A program made the translations under genes and the position numbers. This document shows positions 21,404 to 32,431 of a stretch of DNA of 64,000 nt, one piece after another. Each line of letters starts with the position of its first letter. Position 1 is the first letter of the stretch. Source of the stretch: a bacterium (lineage in GTDB: Bacteria; Sysuimicrobiota; Sysuimicrobiia; Sysuimicrobiales; Kaftiobacteriaceae); assembly GCA_044868695.1 (NCBI GenBank), contig JBIOWP010000105.1:1-64000 (forward strand), in the 5' to 3' direction. Under the pieces are notes generated by a model, which was not told the DNA's origin, ran no database searches, and saw only the letters and a list, made by a program, of their open reading frames with translations.

Positions 21404-21888
21404 CGACCCGCGCGTATCTCAGCCTCGGGTCGAATCAGGGGAATCGCCCGGCGCTCCTCGGCGACGCGGTGGACCGTCTGCAGGCCTCCGGCCGGGTCCG
21501 GGTCACGAAGCAGTCGTCCATGTACGAGACCGCGCCGGTCGGCGTCGTCGAGCAGCCCGACTTCCTCAATCTGGTGGTCGAGGTGGAGACCGACCTCGAT
21601 CCACAGGACTTGCTGGAACTGGTACTGGCGGTGGAACGGGGGCTCGGCCGGGTCCGGACCCAGCGGTGGGGCCCGAGGACGGTGGACATCGACATCCTGC
21701 TGTTCGGCACGGTCGAGATGGATACGCCGGTGCTCGCGATCCCTCATCCTGAGATGACGCGGCGGCGCTTCGTGCTCGAGCCGCTGCTCGAGATCGCCCC
21801 CGACGCGCGCCTGCCCGGAGGCCGCCCTCTGGCAGAGTTTCTTGCTGGCGTGGCAGACCAGGAGGTCCGAAAGGTGTCGAGCGGATGA
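21400..21888 (+). CDS. folK: 2-amino-4-hydroxy-6-hydroxymethyldihydropteridine diphosphokinase
   Basis: YLSLGSN, WGPRTVDIDIL and IPHPEMTRRRFV. Confidence 0.96.
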   Translation: MTTRAYLSLGSNQGNRPALLGDAVDRLQASGRVRVTKQSSMYETAPVGVVEQPDFLNLVVEVETDLDPQDLLELVLAVERGLGRVRTQRWGPRTVDIDILLFGTVEMDTPVLAIPHPEMTRRRFVLEPLLEIAPDARLPGGRPLAEFLAGVADQEVRKVSSG

Positions 21889-22562
21889 GCCGGGCCCGCA
21901 TGGAGTACCGGCCGCCCCGGGCCCTCCAGCGGTCGCTGCTTCCGGTCGGGCAGCGGGCAGAAGGCGTATTCGTGGCGGTCGAAGGCCCTATCGGCGTGGG
22001 GAAGACGACACTGGCCCGCCTGCTGGCCGAGTCCCTGGACGCGGAGGCCGTGCTGGAAGTCGTCGAGGAGAATCCGTTCCTCCACCAGTTCTACGAGGAT
22101 ATCAAGACCTATGCGTTTCAGACGCAGCTCTTCTTCTTCCTCAGCCGGTATCGACAGCACGATGCGCTGCGGGAGCGGCGCGAACGGGGGGAGGGGGTCG
22201 TGAGCGACTATGTGTTTGCCAAAGACCGCCTCTTCGCGCGGATGAATCTGGATCCGCAGGAACTGGACCTCTACGACCGGCTGTTCGAGCTGATCGCGCC
22301 CAGGACGGCGCAGCCCGATCTCGTCGTGTACCTGACGGCGGACCTCCCGACGCTGCGGCGGCGCATCGCGCGGCGCGGCCGGCCCTTCGAGCGCGCCATC
22401 GAGCCGGCGTATCTGGAGCGGCTGTGCGAGGAGTACGACCAGTTCTTTGCAGCGTATGATGAAACCGCGCTCTTGACCGTCAACACGGATACCGTGGACA
22501 TCTTTACCGAGGCGGACTTGAAGGAGATACGCCATTACGTGGATGAAGCGACATCCAAATAA
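21885..22562 (+). CDS. Deoxynucleoside kinase (Dgk/Dck family)
   Basis: VEGPIGVGKTT, ENPFL..FY and RRGRPFE. Confidence 0.92.
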   Translation: MSRARMEYRPPRALQRSLLPVGQRAEGVFVAVEGPIGVGKTTLARLLAESLDAEAVLEVVEENPFLHQFYEDIKTYAFQTQLFFFLSRYRQHDALRERRERGEGVVSDYVFAKDRLFARMNLDPQELDLYDRLFELIAPRTAQPDLVVYLTADLPTLRRRIARRGRPFERAIEPAYLERLCEEYDQFFAAYDETALLTVNTDTVDIFTEADLKEIRHYVDEATSK

Positions 22563-22581
22563 GGATGAAAATGCCCGGCCG

Positions 22582-22613
22582 CGTTTCCTCGTTCCCGCGT
22601 TCCCTCGTTCCCA
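22582..22613. repeat. CGTTCCCN octamer tandem repeat
   Basis: CGTTTCCT CGTTCCCG CGTTCCCT CGTTCCCA between the two kinase genes. Confidence 0.65.
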
Positions 22614-22635
22614 AGGCCGCACCACAGGTGCGGCC

Positions 22636-23259
22636 TTGAAGTGGTTCGTGGCGGTCAGCGGAAACATCGGGTCTGGGAAGTCCACCATCACCACGCTGCT
22701 CAGCGAGAAGCTGGGGTGGAAGCCGTACTATGAGGTCGTGGACGAGAATCCCTACCTGCCGGACTTCTATGGAGACATGCCGCGGTGGAGCTTCCATCTT
22801 CAAGTCTTTTTCCTGAGCAAGCGGTTCCAGCACCACCAGGAGATCGCCGCGGCGCCGGCGTCCGTGATCCAGGACCGGACCATCTACGAAGACGCGGAGA
22901 TCTTTGCCCGCAACCTGTACCTGCACGGGTTGATGGACGAGCGCGACTTCCGCAACTACTACGAGCTGTTCAACACCATGCTGCAGTTCTTGCGGCCGCC
23001 TGACCTGATCATCTACCTGAAGGCGTCTGTCCCCACGCTGATGGACCGGATCCGCGCCCGGGCGCGCGATTATGAGCAGGGCATTCCCGCCGGGTACCTG
23101 GAGCAGCTCAACGAGCGCTACGGCGAGTGGGTGGAGCGGTTCTCGCTGTGCCCGATGCTGGTGGTGGACGCCGATCACCTCGACCTCGGCAAACTCGACA
23201 GGCTGGTCGGCGAGATGCAGACGGCCCTGCCGTCGCTGTTTCCCCTCGTGGAACGATGA
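22636..23259 (+). CDS. Deoxynucleoside kinase (Dck/Dgk family), second paralogue
   Basis: VSGNIGSGKST, DRTIYED and RARDYE. TTG start inferred. Confidence 0.9.
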   Translation: MKWFVAVSGNIGSGKSTITTLLSEKLGWKPYYEVVDENPYLPDFYGDMPRWSFHLQVFFLSKRFQHHQEIAAAPASVIQDRTIYEDAEIFARNLYLHGLMDERDFRNYYELFNTMLQFLRPPDLIIYLKASVPTLMDRIRARARDYEQGIPAGYLEQLNERYGEWVERFSLCPMLVVDADHLDLGKLDRLVGEMQTALPSLFPLVER

Positions 23260-23993
23260 CGCGGGCGTTTGGACAGCCCATGCATGTCCACAAGCGCGTG
23301 GGATCGACGAATGACCTGGCCCGCGCGCTGGCGGACCAGGGAGCTCCTGAGGGGACCGCGGTGATCGCGGAGGGGCAGACCGGGGGACGGGGGCGCCGCG
23401 GCCGCCGGTGGCAGTCCCCCGTAGGCGGTCTGTGGCTGTCCGTTGTCCTCCGACCCACCCTGGAGGCCGAACAGTGGCCCCTGGTGGGCTTCTCGGCCTC
23501 CATAGGTGCCGCAGCGGCGGTCGAGGACGCGACCGGCGTCGCGGTGGCCTTGAAATGGCCCAATGACCTCATGGCGTCCGGGCGGAAGCTCGGCGGCGTT
23601 CTGGTTGAAGCCCATGGCGGCGCAGCCGTCGTCGGGATTGGGATCAATGCAAACTTCTCACCCGGTGATCTGCCGCCGGAGATCAGCGCGCACGCGGTGT
23701 CCCTCCTGGAACTCCTGGGGCACCCCGTGGATCTCGCGGGCCTCGTCGGGTCGGTATTGACGCAGTTCGAGCGCTACTACGACCTGCTGCAGCGGGATCC
23801 AGACGCCCTCCTGGCGCAATGGCGCCTGCGCGACGTGACGGCTGGCCGCGTGGTAAGCATCACCGGAGCGCACACCCTGGAAGGTTTGGCCGAAGGGGTT
23901 GACGGGTCCGGCGGACTGTTGGTCAGAACGGCGGCCGGCGTGCAGCGTGTTGCCGCCGGTGACGTCTCGCTCCGGAACGCGAAGGGTTCCTAG
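23256..23993 (+). CDS. birA: Biotin--protein ligase without an HTH domain
   Basis: STND, QTGGRGRRGRRW, KWPNDL, KLGGVL and GIGIN. Confidence 0.93.
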   Translation: MTRAFGQPMHVHKRVGSTNDLARALADQGAPEGTAVIAEGQTGGRGRRGRRWQSPVGGLWLSVVLRPTLEAEQWPLVGFSASIGAAAAVEDATGVAVALKWPNDLMASGRKLGGVLVEAHGGAAVVGIGINANFSPGDLPPEISAHAVSLLELLGHPVDLAGLVGSVLTQFERYYDLLQRDPDALLAQWRLRDVTAGRVVSITGAHTLEGLAEGVDGSGGLLVRTAAGVQRVAAGDVSLRNAKGS

Positions 23994-23999
23994 GGTCGC

Positions 24000-24953
24000 A
24001 TGCCGCAGATCACCGATGTGGCGGGGGTCAAAGTGGGGCACGCAACCGACGCCAAAGCGGCGACCGGGTGTACCGTGATCCTGTGTGAACGGGGCGCCGT
24101 CGGTGGTGTGGACGTCCGCGGGGCAGCGCCGGGGACGCGCGAGACAGATCTGCTGCGTCCGATGAACCTGGTGGAACGCGCGCATGCGGTCCTCCTGACC
24201 GGAGGAAGTGCGTTCGGGCTCGCGGCAGCGGACGGAGTGATGCGCTACCTGGAGGAACGGGGGATCGGTCATGACACCGCCGTCGCCAAGGTGCCGATCG
24301 TCGCCGCCGCGGTGGTCTTCGACCTGATGGTCGGCAGCCCGACGGTGCGGCCGACGATGGAGACTGGGTATGCGGCCGCGCGGGCCGCCGCCGCGGGAGC
24401 GGTCGAGGAGGGCAGCGTGGGCGCCGGGACGGGCGCTACGGTTGGAAAGCTGATGGGGCCGGGGTCGGCGATGAAAGGCGGGGTGGGCACCTGGGCCGTC
24501 AGCCTTCCCGGGGGCGGCGTCGTCGGCGCGCTCGTGGTGGTAAACGCTTTCGGCGATATCCTCGACGACCGGACCGGCACGATTCTTGCCGGCGCGCGCG
24601 ATCCGCAGACAGGGCGCTTCCTCAACATGACCCAGGCGCTGCTGGGCGGGCGGCATGCGCCCGGGTTTGCCGCCAATACGACGCTCGGCGTCATCGCCAC
24701 CAACGTGGAGTTGACCAAAGAACAGGCCAACAAACTCGCGCAGTTGGGCCACGACGGTCTGGCCCGGGTTGTGTCACCCGTGCACACGATGCTCGACGGC
24801 GATACGATCTTCGCACTCTCGACCGGCGCCGCAAAAGCCGACTTCATAGCCGTGGGTGTGGCTGCGGTCGAGGCCGTGGCCGAGGCTGTGATGCGAGCAG
24901 TCCGTCTTGCCAGAGGGGTCGGAGGGATTCCCGGACTGGCCGATAAGACCTGA
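24000..24953 (+). CDS. P1/S58-family peptidase (DmpA-like)
   Basis: ITDVAGVKVGH, GAAPGTRETD, LTGGSAFGL and DGDTIF. Confidence 0.92.
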   Translation: MPQITDVAGVKVGHATDAKAATGCTVILCERGAVGGVDVRGAAPGTRETDLLRPMNLVERAHAVLLTGGSAFGLAAADGVMRYLEERGIGHDTAVAKVPIVAAAVVFDLMVGSPTVRPTMETGYAAARAAAAGAVEEGSVGAGTGATVGKLMGPGSAMKGGVGTWAVSLPGGGVVGALVVVNAFGDILDDRTGTILAGARDPQTGRFLNMTQALLGGRHAPGFAANTTLGVIATNVELTKEQANKLAQLGHDGLARVVSPVHTMLDGDTIFALSTGAAKADFIAVGVAAVEAVAEAVMRAVRLARGVGGIPGLADKT

Positions 24954-24958
24954 CCTGC

Positions 24959-25027
24959 CGGACCGGGACCCGGGACCAGGGACCGGCAAAGCTCTTATTG
25001 TGCTCTGGTCCCCGGTCCCAGGTCCCG
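24959..25027. repeat. GGGACCA heptamer inverted-repeat element
   Basis: GGGACCC GGGACCA GGGACCG ... TGGTCCC CGGTCCC AGGTCCC. Confidence 0.8.
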
Positions 25028-25099
25028 CCTTTGTGGTATCCTGCTTGTAGGGCCGACATCCCGCGTGGGGTCGGACCCCGAACTGAGCCCTCTGGTGGG

Positions 25100-25133
25100 C
25101 TCCGTCCGGTACTCGATGAGACTGGAACGGAGG
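25100..25133 (+). promoter_or_regulatory. pan RNA motif-like hairpin covering the RBS
   Basis: CTCCGT-CCGGT-[A]-CTC-gat-GAG-ACTGG-[A]-ACGGAG: a stem with two bulged A directly upstream of panT-coaX. Confidence 0.6.
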
Positions 25134-25139
25134 ATGCAT

Positions 25140-25922
25140 ATGGCGCAGTTCCCCCTTGCCCCTCATGCAGCGCGGAGGGGTTTTCGCTTGTCCACCCGGG
25201 ACGTTGCCGTCGCCGGCGTGCTCGGCGCGGTCGCGATCGCGCTCGGGTACACACCGCTGGGATTCATCACGTTCCCCACCCCCGCGGCGTCGGCCACGAC
25301 GATGCACATCCCGGTCATTGCGGCAGGCGTGCTGGCCGGGCCCGTCGTGGGCGCATTCGTCGGCGCCATCTTTGGGGTCATCAGTTTCCTGCGGGCCACG
25401 ACGCCTGCATTCGCCAACCCGCTGATTGCCATCGCACCGCGCATCCTGATTGGGATTGTGGCGGCCCTGGTCTTCACGGCCCTGCAGCGCGGCTACGCCC
25501 GGAACCTGTCCGCGCTCGCGCTCGGCGCGGGACTGTTCACCATCCTAGGCCCCGGAGCGCAGCGGTTTGAGGCTGCCTACGCCGCAAAGAAGATCGAGCC
25601 GACCTGGTTGATCGAGGCGTACCACCGGGTCGCCGCGGTGACCGCTCCACAGGTCTGGCTGTCGCTGGCCGCCGGCGTCGCGGCGGCGGTGGTGGCCTAC
25701 TGGCTGCTGTCCGGCGAGAACGCCGCCCCGGCCGCGGCCGCGGTGGCCGGGACGCTCACGAACACCATCGGCGTGCTGTCGTTGATGGTCATCTTTGGGT
25801 TCATCCCGGCCGGCGCCGCGTTTGTGATCGGGGCCACCCATGGGCTGCCGGAGGTCATCCTTGCGGTGATCATCGCGGTGCCTGTGGTCAGAGCAGTGAC
25901 GGCCGCGCGCGGGAGAAACTAA
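25140..25922 (+). CDS. panT: ECF S component, pantothenate type (PanT-like)
   Basis: TPLGFI...ATTMHIPVI, FANPLIAIAPRILIG, GTLTNTIGVL and HGLPE; adjacent to coaX. Confidence 0.8.
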   Translation: MAQFPLAPHAARRGFRLSTRDVAVAGVLGAVAIALGYTPLGFITFPTPAASATTMHIPVIAAGVLAGPVVGAFVGAIFGVISFLRATTPAFANPLIAIAPRILIGIVAALVFTALQRGYARNLSALALGAGLFTILGPGAQRFEAAYAAKKIEPTWLIEAYHRVAAVTAPQVWLSLAAGVAAAVVAYWLLSGENAAPAAAAVAGTLTNTIGVLSLMVIFGFIPAGAAFVIGATHGLPEVILAVIIAVPVVRAVTAARGRN

Positions 25923-25925
25923 CGA

Positions 25926-25999
25926 CGGGAGCAGGGATCCGGGATTAGGGATCCGTCACTGCCTGTTATCTGATCCCGGATCCCGTATCCCGGCTCCCG
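25926..25999. repeat. GGGATCN heptamer inverted-repeat element
   Basis: GGGAGCA GGGATCC GGGATTA GGGATCC ... TGATCCC GGATCCC GTATCCC GGCTCCC. Confidence 0.75.
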
Positions 26000-26014
26000 C
26001 AGTCGGAGGTTCGC

Positions 26015-26833
26015 ATGCTGCTTGCGATCAATGTGAACAACACTCAGATCAAGGTCGGTGGGTACAACGGAGCCGAGCTGATCGTGCACTGGCGCATCGC
26101 CACCGATCTCGACAAGACCGACGACGAGTACGCGATGATTCTCCGCGGCCTGTTCCAGTATGCCGGGCTGGAGTTCTCGTCGGTGGAGTCGGCGGCGATT
26201 TCGTCGGTCGTGCCGCCCCTGACCGACGTGTTCGAGCGGCTCTGCCGGCGCTACTTCGGCGTGACGCCCCTCGTCGTGGGTCCGGGGGTGCGCACCGGCA
26301 TGCGCATCCTCTATGAGAACCCGAAGGAAGTCGGCGCCGACCGTATCTGCAACGCCATCGCCGTCACCGCGAAGTACGGCGGGCCGGCGATCGTGGTGGA
26401 TTTCGGGACCGCGACGACCTTCACGGCGGTCTCCGCCGAGGGCGACTTCCTGGGCGGCGCCATCGCCCCCGGCATCGGCATCTCGGTGGACGCGCTGGCC
26501 GAGCACACCGCCCAGCTGCCGCGGGTGGAGCTCACCAAACCCAAGGCGGTGATCGCACGCTCCACCGTGAGCGCGATGCAGGCCGGGATCATCTATGGGT
26601 TCGTCGGCCAGGTGGAGGAGATCGTCCGCCGCATGCGGGCCGAGCTCGGTGGTAGAGTCGTCACCGTTGCCACGGGCGGATGGGCGGAACTGATCGTCGA
26701 CGAGTGCCGCTGCTTCGATCACCTCGATCCGCTGCTGACGCTCGAAGGCCTGCGCATCATCCACGAGCGCAACCGTACCGCCCCCGAGGAGGCGCGGGCG
26801 CCGGCCGATGCATCCCGTCCCCCGTCGCCGTGA
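26015..26833 (+). CDS. coaX: Type III pantothenate kinase
   Basis: LLAINVNNT, ISSVVP, EVGADR, VDFGTATT and GGAIAPG. Confidence 0.95.
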   Translation: MLLAINVNNTQIKVGGYNGAELIVHWRIATDLDKTDDEYAMILRGLFQYAGLEFSSVESAAISSVVPPLTDVFERLCRRYFGVTPLVVGPGVRTGMRILYENPKEVGADRICNAIAVTAKYGGPAIVVDFGTATTFTAVSAEGDFLGGAIAPGIGISVDALAEHTAQLPRVELTKPKAVIARSTVSAMQAGIIYGFVGQVEEIVRRMRAELGGRVVTVATGGWAELIVDECRCFDHLDPLLTLEGLRIIHERNRTAPEEARAPADASRPPSP

Positions 26834-26884
26834 GCGGGGCAGGAGACCTCGCGTTTGACGCGTAGTACCGTCCACAGACCTCCG

Positions 26885-27853
26885 ATGGCCACCAAACGCG
26901 TCGTCTCCGTCAGCCTGGGCAGCAGCAGCCGTGACCACCGCTTCGAGACCGAGATCCTCGGCCAGCGCATCGTCGTCGAACGCATCGGTACCGACGGCGA
27001 CGTCGGCCGCGCCAGGCAGCTGCTGGAGGAGCTCGATGGAAAGGTCGACGCGCTCGGGCTCGGCGGGACCGATCTCTACCTGCGCGCCGGAAACCGGAAA
27101 TATCTGATCCGCGAGACGGCAGGGTTGGTCCGGAACATCCGGACAACGCCGTTCGTCGACGGTGGCGGGCTGAAGGCATCCTGGGAGCGCTGGCTGATCA
27201 CAGATTACCTGCCGAATCGCAAGGGCTTCTCGCTCCGGGGCCGGAAGGCGCTGCTGGTGTCGTCCGTGGACCGCTACGGCATGGCCGAAGCGTTCGCGGA
27301 GGCGGGTGCCCAGACCATCTACGGCGACTTTCTCTTTGCGCTGGGCCTGCCGATCCCGCTGCGCACCCTGATGTCAGTGAAGATCCTCGCCGCGCTGCTG
27401 CTTCCTATCCTCACGAAGCTTCCGATCAAGTTCTTGTATCCGACCGGCAAGAAGCAGGAGGAAGTCACCCCCAGGTGGGTCCGGTACTATGCGTGGGCCG
27501 ACGTGGTAGCCGGGGATTTTCATCTGATCCGCCGGTTTATGCCCGACGACCTTCGAGGCAAAGTCATCCTGACGCAGACGATCACGGAGCGCGACGTCGC
27601 AGAGTTGCGGCGGCGGGGGGTCTGGCTGTTGATCACCGATGGTCCCGACATGGGCGGCCGGTCGTTCGCCACCAACGTGCTGCAGGGGGTAATCGTCGCA
27701 CTGCTGGGCCGGCCTCCGGAAGAAATCGCCACCGACGAGTACCTGCAGACCGCCCTGCGGGCGGGCTTCGAGCCTCGCGTGGAGGAGCTCACCCCAGGCG
27801 CAGCCCCGCCCTGGGCGCCGCGCCTGCGCGTCGCCGCCCCGGCGGCCCCATGA
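26885..27853 (+). CDS. Conserved uncharacterised protein (family often labelled 'quinate 5-dehydrogenase')
   Basis: KRVVSVSLGSSSRDH, RIGTDGD, GLGG, VDRYGMA, AGDFH and GRSFATNV; translationally coupled to the next gene. Confidence 0.75.
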   Translation: MATKRVVSVSLGSSSRDHRFETEILGQRIVVERIGTDGDVGRARQLLEELDGKVDALGLGGTDLYLRAGNRKYLIRETAGLVRNIRTTPFVDGGGLKASWERWLITDYLPNRKGFSLRGRKALLVSSVDRYGMAEAFAEAGAQTIYGDFLFALGLPIPLRTLMSVKILAALLLPILTKLPIKFLYPTGKKQEEVTPRWVRYYAWADVVAGDFHLIRRFMPDDLRGKVILTQTITERDVAELRRRGVWLLITDGPDMGGRSFATNVLQGVIVALLGRPPEEIATDEYLQTALRAGFEPRVEELTPGAAPPWAPRLRVAAPAAP

Positions 27854-28950
27854 CAGGAGTCGGCCGGTTCGCGTTCGTCATCCATCCGCTGCGCATTGAC
27901 GATTTCGCGCGCAGGTACGCGTTCACGCGGCGGCTCCCCGAGCGCCTCGTCGAAGCGGCCTTCCGGCGCGTCCCACCGCGCATAGTCTCCCACATCACGG
28001 GTATCCGCTCGGCGACCGGCGCGCGGGCGGAAGGGTGGTTCATCGGCCTTCCGCTGACCCCGCGCACCCTCCAGGAGTCCCCCCTGGACTTCGTCTACCG
28101 CCGGCTCATCCAGTGCGGCCGGCTGGCGGAGGCGAAGGGCGCCGGCATCATCGGCCTGGGAGCGTTCACGAAGATCGTCGGCGATCGAGGTGTGACCGTC
28201 GCGAATAATCTGCGCATTGCCGTGACGACCGGCAACAGTTACACGGCCGCGACCGCGGTGGAGGGCGCCCTGCTGGCCGCGCAGCGCATGGGCATCGATC
28301 CCGCCACGGCCACCGCCGCTGTTGTCGGGGCGACCGGGTCCATCGGCGCGGTGTGCAGTCAGATGCTCGCGCGCGCCGTCGGCCGGCTGTTGCTGGCCGC
28401 CCGCACCCGCGAGGCGCTGGAGACGCTTGCGGCCCGGCTGCGTGCCTCAGGGCGCGCGGAGGTGCTGGTGGGCACGGACGTGAAGGCGGCGGTGCGGGCC
28501 GCGCAGATCGTGCTCACCGTCTCATCGGCGACCGACGTGATCATCGAGCCCGAAGACCTGCGGCCCGGCGCGGTCGTCTGCGACGTGGCCCGGCCGCGTA
28601 ACGTCTCGAGGCTGGTCTACGAGCGGCGCAATGACGTGCTGGTCATCGACGGCGGGGTCATCGAGATTCCCGGCGATGTGGATTTCGGGTTCGACTTCGG
28701 GTTCCCGCCGCGGATGAGTGAAGCATGCGTGGCGGAGACGATCCTGCTCGCGCTGGAGCACCGCTACGAGAATTTCACGTTGGGGAGGGACATTACCCTG
28801 GCTCAGGTGGAGGAGATCGCGGCGGTGGCCCGCCGGCACGGGTTCCGCCTGAGCGGCTTCCGGCGCTTCGAACGGGTGATCGACGATGGCGAGGTGGAGC
28901 GGATCCGCGCGGCGGCCCGCGCGAACACGGCGGCCCTCCGGTCCTCGTAG
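27850..28950 (+). CDS. Acyl-ACP reductase-like NAD(P)-dependent oxidoreductase (COG5322-like)
   Basis: FAFVIHP, GLGAFT, TTGNSYT, VGATGSIG, DVARP and ACVAE...NFTLGR...RHGF. Confidence 0.8.
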   Translation: MTGVGRFAFVIHPLRIDDFARRYAFTRRLPERLVEAAFRRVPPRIVSHITGIRSATGARAEGWFIGLPLTPRTLQESPLDFVYRRLIQCGRLAEAKGAGIIGLGAFTKIVGDRGVTVANNLRIAVTTGNSYTAATAVEGALLAAQRMGIDPATATAAVVGATGSIGAVCSQMLARAVGRLLLAARTREALETLAARLRASGRAEVLVGTDVKAAVRAAQIVLTVSSATDVIIEPEDLRPGAVVCDVARPRNVSRLVYERRNDVLVIDGGVIEIPGDVDFGFDFGFPPRMSEACVAETILLALEHRYENFTLGRDITLAQVEEIAAVARRHGFRLSGFRRFERVIDDGEVERIRAAARANTAALRSS

Positions 28951-28964
28951 AGTGATCGCTGTGC

Positions 28965-28993
28965 TTGACGCCCCGGGTGGGATGGGCTATACT
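28965..28993 (+). promoter_or_regulatory. Sigma70-type promoter for greA
   Basis: TTGACG-17 bp-TATACT. Confidence 0.75.
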
Positions 28994-29000
28994 GCCAGCG

Positions 29001-29030
29001 CTGAGGGCGGCGCGCCCTCAGTTTTGTGTT
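29001..29030 (+). terminator. Terminator-like hairpin in the greA leader
   Basis: CTGAGGGCG-GCG-CGCCCTCAG-TTTTGTGTT. Confidence 0.6.
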
Positions 29031-29057
29031 CAATGTCCCTCGCAGGAGCATTGTGAC

Positions 29058-29540
29058 ATGCCAGAGACCGAAAAAGAAACGATACTCACGCCGGAAGGGC
29101 TCCACAAGCTCGAAGATGAGCTGGAGCATCTGAAGACGGTCCGCCGCAAGGAAGTCGCCGAGCGAATCAAGCAGTCGAAAGAATTCGGCGACCTGATGGA
29201 AAACTCGGAGTACGAGGACGCCAAGAACGAGCAGGCCTTCGTGGAAGGGCGCATCCTGCAGCTGGAGGTCATGCTGCGGAACGCCCGGGTCATCGACAAC
29301 CACGCGGCTCCGCCCGACCGCGTCGCTGTGGGTTCTATGGTGCGGGTCAAGGACCTCAGCGCCGGGGACGAAATCACCTACAAGATCGTGGGCTCGGCCG
29401 AGGCCGACCCGGACCAGGACAAGATCAGCAACGAGTCCCCGGTCGGCCGGGCGCTGCTGGGCAAGCGCAAGGGGGACACGGTGGATGTCACCGTGCCCGC
29501 GGGCAAGATCCGATACAGCATCCTGCAGATCAAGCACTAG
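29058..29540 (+). CDS. greA: Transcription elongation factor GreA
   Basis: [19 protein letters not shown] and [14 protein letters not shown]. Confidence 0.97.
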   Translation: MPETEKETILTPEGLHKLEDELEHLKTVRRKEVAERIKQSKEFGDLMENSEYEDAKNEQAFVEGRILQLEVMLRNARVIDNHAAPPDRVAVGSMVRVKDLSAGDEITYKIVGSAEADPDQDKISNESPVGRALLGKRKGDTVDVTVPAGKIRYSILQIKH

Positions 29541-29821
29541 TCACCAAGGCCGCCGGTTCCTCCCATCAGGGCGCCCGGACCGCCAACGGTCTTGTTTCCC
29601 CCCGGCAGGGCACAATGCAAACAGAGGATGCGACGGCTGCAGGCGGGAATTTGACCCTGTTCCTATCCGTAGGATAGTATGAGGTTGTTCCGGTGAGATT
29701 GTGAGGCCCGAGCAGGAGGGTCCTCCGCCGGGGCAGAAACGTAGGGCTAATCGAAGCCTCTGCCGCCTGACACTTCGCCGCGCATCCACCTCGATCTGGC
29801 GGAGAGGAGGACAACATCGCA

Positions 29822-32281
<2,460 letters not shown>

Positions 32282-32283
32282 CT

Positions 32284-32414
32284 GAGGGAACGAGGGGACA
32301 AGGGAACGAGGGAAATTCGAGGAATGTGGGTTTCGCAACGGAGGGCCCGGCACACACCGGGCCCTTTTCACTGCGATCCATTGTTCCCTAGTTCCCTCAT
32401 TCCCTAGTTCCCGG
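32284..32414. repeat. GAGGGAAC octamer inverted-repeat element enclosing a terminator
   Basis: GAGGGAAC GAGGGGAC AAGGGAAC GAGGGAAA ... GTTCCCTA GTTCCCTC ATTCCCTA GTTCCCGG. Confidence 0.75.
32342..32368 (+). terminator. Intrinsic terminator after clpC
   Basis: AGGGCCCGG-CACACA-CCGGGCCCT-TTT. Confidence 0.7.
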
Positions 32415-32431
32415 ACGCAGGAGGTTTCGGC

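Noticed and set aside
29650..29656. CtsR box upstream of clpC
   Set aside because: Only one TTTGACC heptad, which coincides with the -35 element; CtsR needs a direct repeat.
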